Origin: Arenicellales bacterium
GTDB lineage: Bacteria; Pseudomonadota; Gammaproteobacteria; Arenicellales; JAJDZL01
Reading direction: 5' to 3'
NCBI GenBank assembly: GCA_965232345.1
Contig: OZ246969.1
Coordinates: 2,369,613 to 2,433,612 of the forward strand
Length of the DNA stretch: 64,000 nt
The notes beneath the pieces are model-generated. The model saw only the letters and a list, made by a program, of their open reading frames with translations, did not search any database and was not told where the DNA came from. Every line of letters starts with the position of its first letter. Positions within the stretch are counted from its first letter, which is position 1. Positions 35,882 through 45,487 of the stretch are shown here, piece by piece. Position numbers and translations under genes: made by a program.

Positions 35882-38721
35882 CTTTGCAAGCCGCCCATTC
35901 GGTTCGAGCGCAATGACTCAGCAATCAGGTAGGCGGCCTCGACTTCCGAAATTCCGCGTTCGTTCATCAGCTCCGCCCGCGCCGCCTTCTCGCTTTTTTC
36001 CGTCTGGCTCAGCGCCAGCGCCAAGGCGGGCGGCACATTTCTGAACAATGTGACCAAGCGCGATGATATCAATGTTCCCTCGGTATACTGACCCGGCGCC
36101 TTGCGGGCTTGACGCAGCAGATCGCGCTGTGGCTCAGACAGCGATTTGAACCGTTCGATCTGACCGATCTCGTCCTCATCCATAGACAGGCAATACCACC
36201 ACTCCGGCTGATTGAGCAGTTCCTTCGCGTTGTCTGAAAACTGTCGAATGCTCTGTGTCGCGATCCAAAGCCAGGCGCCGAAAGTGCGCCACATCGCGCA
36301 GATGCGGTTGATATATGGCGTAATCAGCGGATTCTGCAGCAGCACATGGGCTTCATCAATCACTACGATGGTCTGCCTTGACTGATACTGGTTGCGCTCG
36401 ATTCGATTGTTGATCGAGGCGAAAAGACCGGTCAGCGCAACCGCCAGGCGGTCCTCGTAGCCGCGCCGGGCCAGAAGATCGAGTTCCACAACCGTGATGT
36501 CGGAGTCCGGCCACAGCTCGCCTTCGGTGTCGAACAGCCGGCCATTGAGACCGGAACAGAAAATATTGCAGGCTCCGGCCATCTGCGCGGCGCGCTGCTG
36601 CTGACGCTTGGACAGCCGGTGCTTGCCGACCTGCCCGCTTGAAGAGGCAAGGTACAGGGAGTTGACAAGATCCGAGGTCATGGTCTGCCGCCGGCCTTCC
36701 TGTTTCGAGATTCGGGCGGCATCCACCAACGCGCTGCGAATCAAGTCGAGGTCATCTCGTCTGAGCTTGTTCTCCTCATTTTTCTGACCGCCAGTGATCA
36801 TCAGCCGGGCCTGAATTTCCATCTCGCCTAGCAGATCCCGGTAATTTCCGGAATCGGCATTCTTTTCACTGTCGTCCTTGACCAGCAGATCTTGCGCATG
36901 TCGGAATGGAGGAATGGCAGAGCTGCGCTGGCCGTCGACTCGAAAATGATGGACGCTCAGTCCCTGGCGGCGGCAGTGCTCAGCGAACAGTCCAAATGTC
37001 GAGAGAGCTGAAATCAGCACCACTCTTGGACGGTGGATGGCGAGTGAGTGCAGCAGCAGATAGATCAGGAATGCCGTCTTGCCGGAGCCGGTCGGACCCA
37101 GCACCAGCGAGTGCGCGTTCTTTTCACGCTCGACAGGATTCAATGGATCGAACATCAGCGGCTCAGCGCCCCGATTGAACAGGATGCATCCGGGCGCTCC
37201 AGAACCGATCGAGCGGCCGAACACCGGCATCACCCTGGCGATGTGACTGGAAAACCACAGTCTTGAACGCCGCGTGCTGGGTTTGCTGTCCTGTCTGGGA
37301 TCAAAGCCGAACGGCAGGGCGCGCACATAGCTGTCGAGTGAGATCGGATCATACCGAGGCGCGATCGGGCGCAGCCGATGAATCGACAGGAGGCTCAGCA
37401 GCCTTTCGGTTCTGCGATTGAGATCGCTCAGGTCGGAACCGAAAACAAACACACCCGAAAACACCCGGTAGATCGAATTGCCGCGGACTATCTCGGAGAG
37501 TGCGCTGTCGGCCAGACTGCGTCGCTCCACGGCGGCAGGGTCGTCGCCCACCGAGTTTTCCTTCACTTTGGAAATCTTCTCCTCAATTGATTCTTGTGGA
37601 AAAAATACGACGCTCATCGACCAGATTGACCCCTTCGGCACCTGATCCCAGAGAGTTGCCACCGCATCGCCGAACTGCCGTTCGACTGTCAGGTGACCGA
37701 TGTCAGGCTCAGCGGTCAGCTCGTCTACGGTGATGAATCGGCTCGGCTGGCCTCTGAACCACCAGATGCCGGGCCGTTTCCAGGTCCACGGTGCGACACC
37801 GTGCAGCGCAGCGCGACTGATATCCGCACTCGCAGAGCCAGAGTAAAGCGCCATCGCGCGAGATTGCCGGTCGTTTGTCCATGGATGCGCATCAAGCAGT
37901 TCAAATGTGTTCTGGAATCCTGTATGGGCTTCTGGCTGCGGAACAAACCAGTGCGTGAGCCATTCATAAAGATCCTTGGCGCCAGCTGGAACCAACGTGA
38001 TTTCAGACTCGGCCAAGGAATGCTGCAGCTGTGCGCACAGCTGCTCGATGGTGCTGTCTTCATCTTTCTGGTGCGGAAAGCTCTTTCGCCAGATGCACAG
38101 CCGAATGCGGCGCGATTTGCCGCGCCAGCTGATTGCGTTCGAGGCGCCGTACGGATACAGCCCGCCCGGTCGAGTCAGATCGCTGAAATGCTCTTCCATT
38201 GTGCGGAACCAATGTCCGGTGTAGCGGCTGCCCAGCAGCGAGTCTTGGGTATACTGAGTCAGCCGTTCGGCAATCATGCGCGTCAGACCATCGCTGTCAT
38301 CCTGAACGAACCACTGCATTATCCAAGGCCTGAAACTGTTCTCAGGGAAGCCTTTCGCTATGGCTTGATGAACCCGTTCCTGCATGCGGATCAGCGACGC
38401 ATCGCTTCTGGCCTCCGTGTTGCCGCAGACCACATCGAACATTCTTCCGATGCTCATCAGGTCTTGCAGTCCGATCATGCCGTTGCCAAGGTCAATTCTG
38501 GGTGCCAGCAAATCTGCGAATGAGTGCGTGTTTCTCACCACCTTGCGAAATTTCGGGTCGGGATGCAGCTGTGGCTCCAGATACTCCTCCACCGTCAATG
38601 GCGCACAGTCCCGACCATCCCATTCGACTCGGGGCGACTCGGATGCCGCAGCGGAGTCAGTCCGGCCTCGGTGCGGTTCAGGCGGACTCTCGCCTGCAAT
38701 GAATCTTGACCAGAACTTCAT
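35878..38721 (-). CDS. conjugative transfer ATPase, PFL_4706 (TIGR03744; VirB4/TraC-like)
   Basis: 947 aa. Walker A LGPTGSGKTAFL, Walker B-like TIVVIDEAHVLL. Size and position are typical of the GI-type T4SS ATPase. Confidence 0.85.
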   Translation of the reverse strand: MKFWSRFIAGESPPEPHRGRTDSAAASESPRVEWDGRDCAPLTVEEYLEPQLHPDPKFRKVVRNTHSFADLLAPRIDLGNGMIGLQDLMSIGRMFDVVCGNTEARSDASLIRMQERVHQAIAKGFPENSFRPWIMQWFVQDDSDGLTRMIAERLTQYTQDSLLGSRYTGHWFRTMEEHFSDLTRPGGLYPYGASNAISWRGKSRRIRLCIWRKSFPHQKDEDSTIEQLCAQLQHSLAESEITLVPAGAKDLYEWLTHWFVPQPEAHTGFQNTFELLDAHPWTNDRQSRAMALYSGSASADISRAALHGVAPWTWKRPGIWWFRGQPSRFITVDELTAEPDIGHLTVERQFGDAVATLWDQVPKGSIWSMSVVFFPQESIEEKISKVKENSVGDDPAAVERRSLADSALSEIVRGNSIYRVFSGVFVFGSDLSDLNRRTERLLSLLSIHRLRPIAPRYDPISLDSYVRALPFGFDPRQDSKPSTRRSRLWFSSHIARVMPVFGRSIGSGAPGCILFNRGAEPLMFDPLNPVEREKNAHSLVLGPTGSGKTAFLIYLLLHSLAIHRPRVVLISALSTFGLFAEHCRRQGLSVHHFRVDGQRSSAIPPFRHAQDLLVKDDSEKNADSGNYRDLLGEMEIQARLMITGGQKNEENKLRRDDLDLIRSALVDAARISKQEGRRQTMTSDLVNSLYLASSSGQVGKHRLSKRQQQRAAQMAGACNIFCSGLNGRLFDTEGELWPDSDITVVELDLLARRGYEDRLAVALTGLFASINNRIERNQYQSRQTIVVIDEAHVLLQNPLITPYINRICAMWRTFGAWLWIATQSIRQFSDNAKELLNQPEWWYCLSMDEDEIGQIERFKSLSEPQRDLLRQARKAPGQYTEGTLISSRLVTLFRNVPPALALALSQTEKSEKAARAELMNERGISEVEAAYLIAESLRSNRMGGLQR

Positions 38722-39098
38722 TGCGGAACAACCTCCCCAGGCAGGGCATACTCGACGGACTCGTACAGTGGAAAGGTCGTCGAGTATCCTGGCACCGGAG
38801 TGCCGTCCAGCGACAGATGCGGGAATACATACAAAATGATGGTTGGATTGGGCAGGCGCGGAAAATGCACTGACAGCTCGTTGTTCACTTCCCGAGTGTA
38901 GCCAGCCAGACGCGCCGCGCTGTCTGGCATGAATGAAACGTGTCGCGGCGCCCGCTGTGTCTTGGATTGATGACGGTCATAGATTTGTCCGATGGTCATG
39001 GCTTCTTCGGAATGCGAAGATTTCGCTCGAAACGGGTTCGAGCACGAAGCCATGAAAATTGCCAGACTAATCAGTCCAGCCTTGGCGAGCATTCGCAT
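38718..39098 (-). CDS. conjugative transfer region lipoprotein (TIGR03751-like)
   Basis: Lipobox in MRMLAKAGLISLAIFMASCSNPF. Start taken at an internal Met (39098 or 39092). The track ORF start at 39182 would overlap the upstream gene by 116 nt. Confidence 0.58.
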   Translation of the reverse strand: MRMLAKAGLISLAIFMASCSNPFRAKSSHSEEAMTIGQIYDRHQSKTQRAPRHVSFMPDSAARLAGYTREVNNELSVHFPRLPNPTIILYVFPHLSLDGTPVPGYSTTFPLYESVEYALPGEVVPQ

Positions 39099-40392
39099 GA
39101 GTGGCAGAGAGGTTGAAGTTTCGAACTTTGCGCGCACTGGGGTTCTGGTCAATGTGGATGGCTTCCTCAATATGAACTGCAACGGTCAGGCCCGCCGGAA
39201 CGTAAATCGCATCGAAGGAATTCAGCTGTCGGTCATTCAGCCAGTCAGCGACTGTTGTCAAAGATTCCTTGGTTGCGTAGCCTGCCACAAACTGGTCAAT
39301 GTCTCCCACGATTGATGTCGTTTGCTCGCCAGTGTCTGGATTCGTCGACGTTTCGGACTGTGCATTGGCGATCGCTTCAGCGGTGGCTTTGGTTGTGTTG
39401 ACCAAAGTTGCCTGGGCCAGGTACTGAAGCGCGTTGGATTTGAGCTCCCCGCTGATGCATGGGTTGCCGAACTCATCCGAAATCCAGCCCAGTCCGGTGA
39501 ATGGGGACTCCGGGTTTGCGGATTTGCGGCTGGTTTGAATCGTGCCGTCTGCAAAAATGAACGTCGCCGTATCGATATTGCCTGACACACATGACAATGA
39601 CAAATCACCGCGGGCGGTTCCAGCCAGCAGCATCCCGGCCAGATAGGGAATTCGATGTCCGTTCGAAGCGAGATTGTCCGCCCCCACCAGAACTTTGAAC
39701 CGCCATGGATCCTGCAGCTGTCCGCGTATCGGAATGCGGCCCACCAGCGCGGTCAGTGCGGTCGCACCCAGCAAAGTTGTGGTAGCCGGAATGGTGAGAT
39801 GGGGCGCTCCATTCAAGTCTTCAAAACTTGAAAGACCCAGCTGTCCATCAAGAGTTTCAAGATCAGAATCAAGCAGGCCGGTCTGCATCGAGCCGATGTG
39901 CGGAGTGAGCCAGTCAGTGTCTGCAGAGGCAATCCAATGCAGCTGCTGGCCGCCATCTTCGAAATCGCCTGATTCGCTGTCAGTGGACGGGGCAAGCTGT
40001 TCCAGAGTGTCCACACGCGTCTCCAAGCCTTGCACCGCACTGGCAATCTTCTTTTCCGATTCCCTGAGTGAGCTTTGCTCAACCGACAGCAGCATCTCTT
40101 CGAGATCGCGCTTGAGTGATGAATGCAGCCTGTCTCTGGCAGTCTGATTGATGCGCGTCTGGTTTTCTATCGCCTGTTCGATGTTGGCGATTCTGGTCGC
40201 AACTGCGCGGACCTCTTCTGCTGCGTTGTCGCGGTCAGATGACCCGATCTGCCCGGTGGCGTCGGTGCCGGATTGCCGGGTCGCCTCAGATTTCTGCTGC
40301 CGCTCGTCCGGTCCTAGTGCTGACCACAGCACCACCCCGCCGAGCGCCAGCGCGATCAGCCAGAAAATCGGAAAAGCTCTGAATGCAGGCAT
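39067..40392 (-). CDS. integrating conjugative element protein, PFL_4705 (TIGR03752)-like
   Basis: 441 aa. N-terminal TM, coiled-coil segment, then a beta-rich C-terminal domain. Position upstream of the lipoprotein and ATPase genes fits the family. Confidence 0.58.
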   Translation of the reverse strand: MPAFRAFPIFWLIALALGGVVLWSALGPDERQQKSEATRQSGTDATGQIGSSDRDNAAEEVRAVATRIANIEQAIENQTRINQTARDRLHSSLKRDLEEMLLSVEQSSLRESEKKIASAVQGLETRVDTLEQLAPSTDSESGDFEDGGQQLHWIASADTDWLTPHIGSMQTGLLDSDLETLDGQLGLSSFEDLNGAPHLTIPATTTLLGATALTALVGRIPIRGQLQDPWRFKVLVGADNLASNGHRIPYLAGMLLAGTARGDLSLSCVSGNIDTATFIFADGTIQTSRKSANPESPFTGLGWISDEFGNPCISGELKSNALQYLAQATLVNTTKATAEAIANAQSETSTNPDTGEQTTSIVGDIDQFVAGYATKESLTTVADWLNDRQLNSFDAIYVPAGLTVAVHIEEAIHIDQNPSARKVRNFNLSATHANARQGWTD

Positions 40393-40395
40393 ATT

Positions 40396-41181
40396 TTAAA
40401 ATTGAGATATTTCAAAAGGATAGTCAGAAATCAAGACCAGCACAGTGGTGTCGCCGGGATGGCCTTGAGTGTGCAGCTGCGTGTGAACGAATGCCGCACT
40501 TCGCCAGGAGCCGCGCAGCTCGCGCGGATCAAGAATCATCTGCTGTGAGAGATTGTTGCTGATCTTGATCGCAGTGATGAAGTGATGCGAAGACTGCCAG
40601 CTGCCTATCGGGGTGGCTGTTACGGCGCCGGCGCACGGGGTCGGCGTTCTCACCGCACATCGAAAAATGTCCAGTGGAGATGAATCAACTGCCAGGCGCT
40701 GCACGCCCGGCAGTTCGCTCAACAGACGCTCAGGTGCATAGAGCTGCTGAACCACCCAGCGGGTCAGCTTGACAAAACTGTAGCTTGGCATGCGCGAATC
40801 CGAATCAATCTGATCATTCGATTTTTGTTTCTGGATGACGATCGGCTGACTGAACTTCTCAGAGTGCTGCGCCCGAACCCGCAGGACAACCCGGCCTTCA
40901 GGCTCTGCCAGCAGCACCAGCCTGGTCGGTGGGAAATCTTCTTTGGCAGACAGCCAAAGGTGATTTCCGATTATCTCGGCTTGAAGTTTGTGTTTGATTT
41001 CTCTTGGAATCCCAAGTCTCAGAACCTGAGCTTCGGGAATGGTGATTCGCTGCTCGGAACCGACGGCAAGCTCCAGTTCAAGCGGCGCTTCCGGCCAGTG
41101 ATAGGTCACCTCAGATGCCGAGCCATGAAGCGGGAGCAGAAGCAGAGCCAGCATGCGCAAGGTCAGCCGACGGTACATCAT
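40396..41181 (-). CDS. integrating conjugative element protein, PFL_4704 (TIGR03749/DUF3438)-like
   Basis: 261 aa. Signal peptide MMYRRLTLRMLALLLLPLHGSA, then WPEAPLELELAVGSEQRI. Confidence 0.58.
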   Translation of the reverse strand: MMYRRLTLRMLALLLLPLHGSASEVTYHWPEAPLELELAVGSEQRITIPEAQVLRLGIPREIKHKLQAEIIGNHLWLSAKEDFPPTRLVLLAEPEGRVVLRVRAQHSEKFSQPIVIQKQKSNDQIDSDSRMPSYSFVKLTRWVVQQLYAPERLLSELPGVQRLAVDSSPLDIFRCAVRTPTPCAGAVTATPIGSWQSSHHFITAIKISNNLSQQMILDPRELRGSWRSAAFVHTQLHTQGHPGDTTVLVLISDYPFEISQF

Positions 41182-41795
41182 GCCTCCTCGCTGAGAATTC
41201 TTTCCGGCATCCTTGACATCGTGTCGAGCAGGAGGCCCCAGGGGTTGAACTCCGGATCAATGGCCTTGGAAATCACTTTGAGGTGGTAGCGAATCTTGGT
41301 GTCTTTGACAGATACACCGCCAATGTTCTCCTTGAGTTCGACATCCAGAACCACAGTCCATTTTCCGGAGTCGTCCAATGCGACCGTGTCTCGGAAGTTT
41401 GAATTCTCAAGTGGAATGAGAAATCGCGTGCGGCCCAATAGTTCAGAAGCGCGCTTTTGGCTGTCATGTCTCAGCCAGGCTTGGAATTCCGGGGTCAGGA
41501 ATTCAGTCAGGCGTTCGAGGTTTTTCGGATAGTCCTCGAAACAGTCATGCGGACAGCGATTCAGCTGCTGCCAGATGTAGCCGGCAAAGTTGTATACCTC
41601 CCATGGATGAATGGTGTTGAGGGAGACTTGACTGCCGTATCTCAGGTCAGGCGGTATGCTGATGCGCTGCACTCTCGCGGCGTGCTGCCATCCATACAGT
41701 GCGCCGACGAGACAAATTGCCAGAAAAATCGAAACCGCGCGCAGTGTGAGAATGTGGCTGTAAAGATTGGCGTCAGCATGCAGATAACGCGCCAT
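41178..41795 (-). CDS. integrating conjugative element protein, PFL_4703 (TIGR03746/DUF2895)-like
   Basis: 205 aa. N-terminal TM, then IPPDLRYGS...VYNFAGYIWQQLNRCPHDCFEDYPKN, which resembles the family core. Confidence 0.62.
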   Translation of the reverse strand: MARYLHADANLYSHILTLRAVSIFLAICLVGALYGWQHAARVQRISIPPDLRYGSQVSLNTIHPWEVYNFAGYIWQQLNRCPHDCFEDYPKNLERLTEFLTPEFQAWLRHDSQKRASELLGRTRFLIPLENSNFRDTVALDDSGKWTVVLDVELKENIGGVSVKDTKIRYHLKVISKAIDPEFNPWGLLLDTMSRMPERILSEEA

Positions 41796-41799
41796 CGTT

Positions 41800-42147
41800 T
41801 CATGCCTCCCTGATCGTTGACCAGCGGCCGGATTTGTAAACGAGATGCTTGCCCAGCAGAGGGTGAATCAGGCAGTAGACGCGACGCAGATGCCACCCCT
41901 CGGGTCTTCCCAGCTTGATTGACTTGAGCAGATTCGCAATCGCGGCCACGAGAAGCAGCAGTCCTCCGACAAACACAGCGAAGCCGATGAACACAGCGTG
42001 CAGCCCGTCCAGCACTGCGAATCCAATCAGGAACGCCGCTGGCAGCCAAGCGCAGCCGACTGCGATTGCAATGGAATAAAGCTCGCTCGCGCTGCAGCCC
42101 TTGTACAGCCGCGTTTCGTAGTCCAGCGGAGCGCACGGCAGCAGCAT
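41800..42147 (-). CDS. conjugative transfer region protein (TIGR03750/DUF3487)-like
   Basis: About 115 aa from the internal Met at 42147, directly after the upstream stop. Two TM helices, then KLGRPEGWHLRRV. Confidence 0.55.
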   Translation of the reverse strand: MLLPCAPLDYETRLYKGCSASELYSIAIAVGCAWLPAAFLIGFAVLDGLHAVFIGFAVFVGGLLLLVAAIANLLKSIKLGRPEGWHLRRVYCLIHPLLGKHLVYKSGRWSTIREA

Positions 42148-42149
42148 GG

Positions 42150-42545
42150 CTAAATCGTCAGGATGTCGCTCAGTCTTTCTGATCCCCACCAGGCGCCGAA
42201 AATGACGACCAGAATGACAAGCAGGCCCGCGCCGAAGTACACACTGAATCGGCCCCACTCACCTTTTCTCCTGGCGTCATTCACTTCGGAGATCAATCCG
42301 CTCGAAAAACCAATCAGCGCAAAAACGACAATAATCGTCAAGCCGAGAAAGATGATGTAACGAATGCTCGCCACGACGTACCGGATGGGATCATCTTCGC
42401 TGAATGATTCGTTGCCGATATCGGGCGGGGAAGGCAGAATGTTCTGTGCATCCGCGGCGCCTGAAAAAAACCACAGTGCCGCCGTCAGCATTATCACCAG
42501 CATCCGCCAGCTAACAGAATGATTTGAAATTTGCAGTCTATTCAT
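42150..42545 (-). CDS. ICE membrane protein, PFL_4702 (TIGR03745)-like; candidate T4SS pilin-like subunit
   Basis: 131 aa. Signal peptide ending AADAQ, followed by two TM helices. Confidence 0.55.
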   Translation of the reverse strand: MNRLQISNHSVSWRMLVIMLTAALWFFSGAADAQNILPSPPDIGNESFSEDDPIRYVVASIRYIIFLGLTIIVVFALIGFSSGLISEVNDARRKGEWGRFSVYFGAGLLVILVVIFGAWWGSERLSDILTI

Positions 42546-42546
42546 G

Positions 42547-42768
42547 TCATAAGAAAGCGATGAGTGTCAAGAAAACCAGCACGACAACAAGTGATCTGAA
42601 GCACTCGAACAACAGATCGATGAAGTTGATTCGATGGCTCCGCAGCTGCCCGAGAGAGCAATGCACAACCCAGATCCACCATGCGATCGATGTCGCGGCA
42701 AGGGTGCTCCCAATGATGATTTTGAGCGTCGTGAAATCAAGATTCGCTACGGTTCCCATGCTGTTCAT
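42547..42768 (-). CDS. small ICE membrane protein, PFL_4701 (TIGR03758/DUF3262)-like
   Basis: 73 aa with two TM helices. Position fits the family. Confidence 0.5.
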   Translation of the reverse strand: MNSMGTVANLDFTTLKIIIGSTLAATSIAWWIWVVHCSLGQLRSHRINFIDLLFECFRSLVVVLVFLTLIAFL

Positions 42769-42770
42769 CC

Positions 42771-43226
42771 TTACCGGCCATAGTTTCCGACGATGGGGTC
42801 CAGCGTTCTCGGCATGTAGACCGGGGTGCGTACATGTGCCTGAATCCCCTGAGTGATGGAGAGCATGTCAGATCGCAGCTGGTAGTAATCAAACCGGATC
42901 CGCGCGTCTGGGTCCGCACTAGACTCCGCTTCCCGTATCAATGCTTCCAGTTCCTCGATTGCCTTCGCCAGCCGCGACAGGATTTGCAGCTCCGATGAGC
43001 TGCTGCGCGTTACGACGATGGGCTGATAGACATAAGGTGCGGAATCAAGATCGGCCATTGAATCTGTGATGACTTCAACGGTTGAGATCTCCCTCGGCGC
43101 GCAGGCAACCAGACTGGACAGTGCGATCAGCAACATGAACTTTATTCGTGAGTTGACAGAGAATTTCCTTATAGATTGAACCTGGCTGTCTAGCCAAGCA
43201 AAATTCGACCATTCATTGATGCACAT
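42771..43226 (-). CDS. RAQPRD-family ICE protein (divergent motif)
   Basis: 151 aa. Signal peptide with Cys (LSSLVACAPRE). C-terminal RIRFDYYQLRSDMLSITQGIQAHVRTPVYMPRTLDPIVGNYGR, where MPRTLD occupies the position of the family-naming RAQPRD motif. Confidence 0.52.
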   Translation of the reverse strand: MCINEWSNFAWLDSQVQSIRKFSVNSRIKFMLLIALSSLVACAPREISTVEVITDSMADLDSAPYVYQPIVVTRSSSSELQILSRLAKAIEELEALIREAESSADPDARIRFDYYQLRSDMLSITQGIQAHVRTPVYMPRTLDPIVGNYGR

Positions 43227-44009
43227 TTATTTCACCTGCCGCTGTTGATTTGTTCTGCCAGCTCGGTAGATTCCCGGCCTCACTTCAAGCATGCGTCCTT
43301 CGGCCTGTCTGATTGCAATTTTTCCAGAACGAAGCGTTTCATGAGGGATCTGATTGATGCCGGCCCAGGATCTGGAATTGAAATCGCCGCGGCTGTCCTG
43401 GACATAGACATCCAGCGAACCGCCGCGATTGACATGGTCCAGTCCGTTCTGCAGCAGCTGGGCGCAGTTCGCATCGCTGCATCGAAATGAGGTGACGAGA
43501 ATCAGACGTTCGCTGTTTTGAGCTGTGTGCGTTGCTTTGGAAGACAGCTCGCGGACGGCTTTGATGTATGCGGCCTCAAACTCCAGAATTGCGGCGGTTG
43601 TCTCAAGCTGCCGCCGGGCGAACAATCTGGCGTAATGATTGCGCTGCGCGTCACTGGCTGCGAATATCCCCAGCCACTCCAGCGGTGTCAGCTCAGCGGA
43701 TACCAAGCCTTGATGCTGTGACTTCAATCTCCTGATCTGAGACAACTCCTCGATTGACAGGCTCCAGGCTTCGGCAGTTTCAATCTCCGCTTCAGTCAAT
43801 TCGCTGCTGGCTATTTCACTCTGTCGAATCGAATCGGCGATTCCAACAGATGCGGGATTTGAAAATGCGAAAAGAAGCACTGCGATTGCCAAGCGAATCG
43901 CGAATGGGGTCAAATTCACAACCCGCCGAACATTCGCGCCCCGGTGTTCTTCCGCCCCGATGAATGCACCGGCTTGTCTGCAACTCAAATTGAGATCGGA
44001 CATCGACAT
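43227..44009 (-). CDS. ICE protein, possibly PFL_4693 (TIGR03759)-like
   Basis: 260 aa. N-terminal TM/signal, TPLEWLGIFA, helical middle, and a C-terminal CSDANC pair. Assignment rests on position and general resemblance only. Confidence 0.42.
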   Translation of the reverse strand: MSMSDLNLSCRQAGAFIGAEEHRGANVRRVVNLTPFAIRLAIAVLLFAFSNPASVGIADSIRQSEIASSELTEAEIETAEAWSLSIEELSQIRRLKSQHQGLVSAELTPLEWLGIFAASDAQRNHYARLFARRQLETTAAILEFEAAYIKAVRELSSKATHTAQNSERLILVTSFRCSDANCAQLLQNGLDHVNRGGSLDVYVQDSRGDFNSRSWAGINQIPHETLRSGKIAIRQAEGRMLEVRPGIYRAGRTNQQRQVK

Positions 44010-44722
44010 CAGCCCGAGACCTGAAGCTGTACTTCTTTGCCTGAAGCGGCCTGGAACAGGGCAGAGCGGCTGCTGGGATCAACCTTCAGCAGCAGCCATC
44101 CTGCCCGAGTGGATTGCGGACCGATCATGGCGATTTTCCCATCAAGCTCGATCACCGCGTTCCACTCGTTATTCCAGCGGTCGATCGCAATCAATCGAAA
44201 AGGCGGCGTCTGGTCGCTTGATTCAGAAGGCTTTCTCGACTCAGTGATCTTTGCGGCAAGCTGTGAAACCTGTGTTTCAAGCTCAAGAATCTGCACCTCC
44301 AGACGCTGCGCCACTGAAGATTGCATGATGATGGCAGACTCAAGTTTAGGCAAAGTCTCAGTGATCGGCAGCAGGCGATCGTCAAAATACAGATATGCGT
44401 CATTTTGCTGACTCAGCGCCAATTTGATCTCTTCAAGCATGGAGACGACCTCGGACTGCGATGCAATGGCTGCAGCATCCGCCAGATCGCTCACGACCAG
44501 CGTCGCCGCGGTTGTCTCCGGCACAACTGAACTGGAGCGATCGACCTGAAGATTCGCTTCGGACGAGTTGATGTCCACAATTTCCTGAACCGAAACCGGT
44601 GGCGACTGCAGGCCGCGCACACTGGCGCGTAAGTACCACTGCACCCAGGATGCGGCGCCGATAATGATGGCGACTGCTCCCAGCAGAATCAATTTGCGAG
44701 AGGGTTTTCGAATCGATTTCAT
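44009..44722 (-). CDS. membrane-anchored hypothetical protein at the distal end of the pil cluster (PilM-position)
   Basis: 237 aa. N-terminal TM (KLILLGAVAIIIGAASW), a coiled-coil-like middle, and a beta-rich C-terminus. No motif recognised. Confidence 0.4.
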   Translation of the reverse strand: MKSIRKPSRKLILLGAVAIIIGAASWVQWYLRASVRGLQSPPVSVQEIVDINSSEANLQVDRSSSVVPETTAATLVVSDLADAAAIASQSEVVSMLEEIKLALSQQNDAYLYFDDRLLPITETLPKLESAIIMQSSVAQRLEVQILELETQVSQLAAKITESRKPSESSDQTPPFRLIAIDRWNNEWNAVIELDGKIAMIGPQSTRAGWLLLKVDPSSRSALFQAASGKEVQLQVSG

Positions 44723-44940
44723 TGCCTGAACAGTCCTGAATTTTCAAACCCGCCCTCGTCGGTTCCATCTTTTTGAGGCAGTTGAAGGACGATGGATGCG
44801 CCTGTTCCCGCTGTCGATCCTTTTTGGAAGTCTCTTCTCGCATTCGATGTGAGCGTTTGAGCGATCCCGCCGAAGATGATGCAACGGTTTTCGCGGCGGT
44901 GTTTCGATGGGCTTGCGCATGGCGGCTCAGATTTTCGCGG

Positions 44941-45417
44941 TCAGTCGATCAAGCGCAGGCCGTAAAGACCCAGCGCCGAAATGCCAAGTCCGACCCCGAA
45001 CGGTTTTTCCTCTCTGCGCAGGTAGACGGTCATCATCAGCAATGACGCGCCGACAAGCATTGCAGGAATTGATGGATAGCCGAGCCAGGCGCCCAGCGCA
45101 CCGAGAAACTTGGCATCTCCGAAACCAATTCCGGTCGACCCTTGATGTCTGATCTGCCAGATTCGCAATGCTTGAATTCCGCAGAATCCGATCGATGCGC
45201 CTAGCAGAGCCGCTTCAAAGGCAACCACCAGATCAAACATGTTGGTCGTGACGCCGCAGACACCCAGCGGAATCACGATGCAGTCCGAAAGCTGATTCTT
45301 GAGATGGTCTTGAACGGCGAGCAGGATAACTGCGGCGCTGAACACCAAGAACAGAATCGGTTGAATTGCTGCAGCCAGCTTGGCAGACATCACATCATTT
45401 GAGTGAGGTTGACTCAC
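44941..45417 (-). CDS. prepilin peptidase-like (A24 family, short form; R64 PilU-like)
   Basis: 158 aa, polytopic. GIGFGDAKFLGALGAWLG matches the second catalytic-Asp motif (GxGDxK) of A24 peptidases. Confidence 0.68.
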   Translation of the reverse strand: MSQPHSNDVMSAKLAAAIQPILFLVFSAAVILLAVQDHLKNQLSDCIVIPLGVCGVTTNMFDLVVAFEAALLGASIGFCGIQALRIWQIRHQGSTGIGFGDAKFLGALGAWLGYPSIPAMLVGASLLMMTVYLRREEKPFGVGLGISALGLYGLRLID

Positions 45418-45487
45418 CGCCTTCTGTCAAATACGTTGATCTTTTCCAGAACGCTGATCTGGCTCTGACTCCTGCGCGGCGAATGAA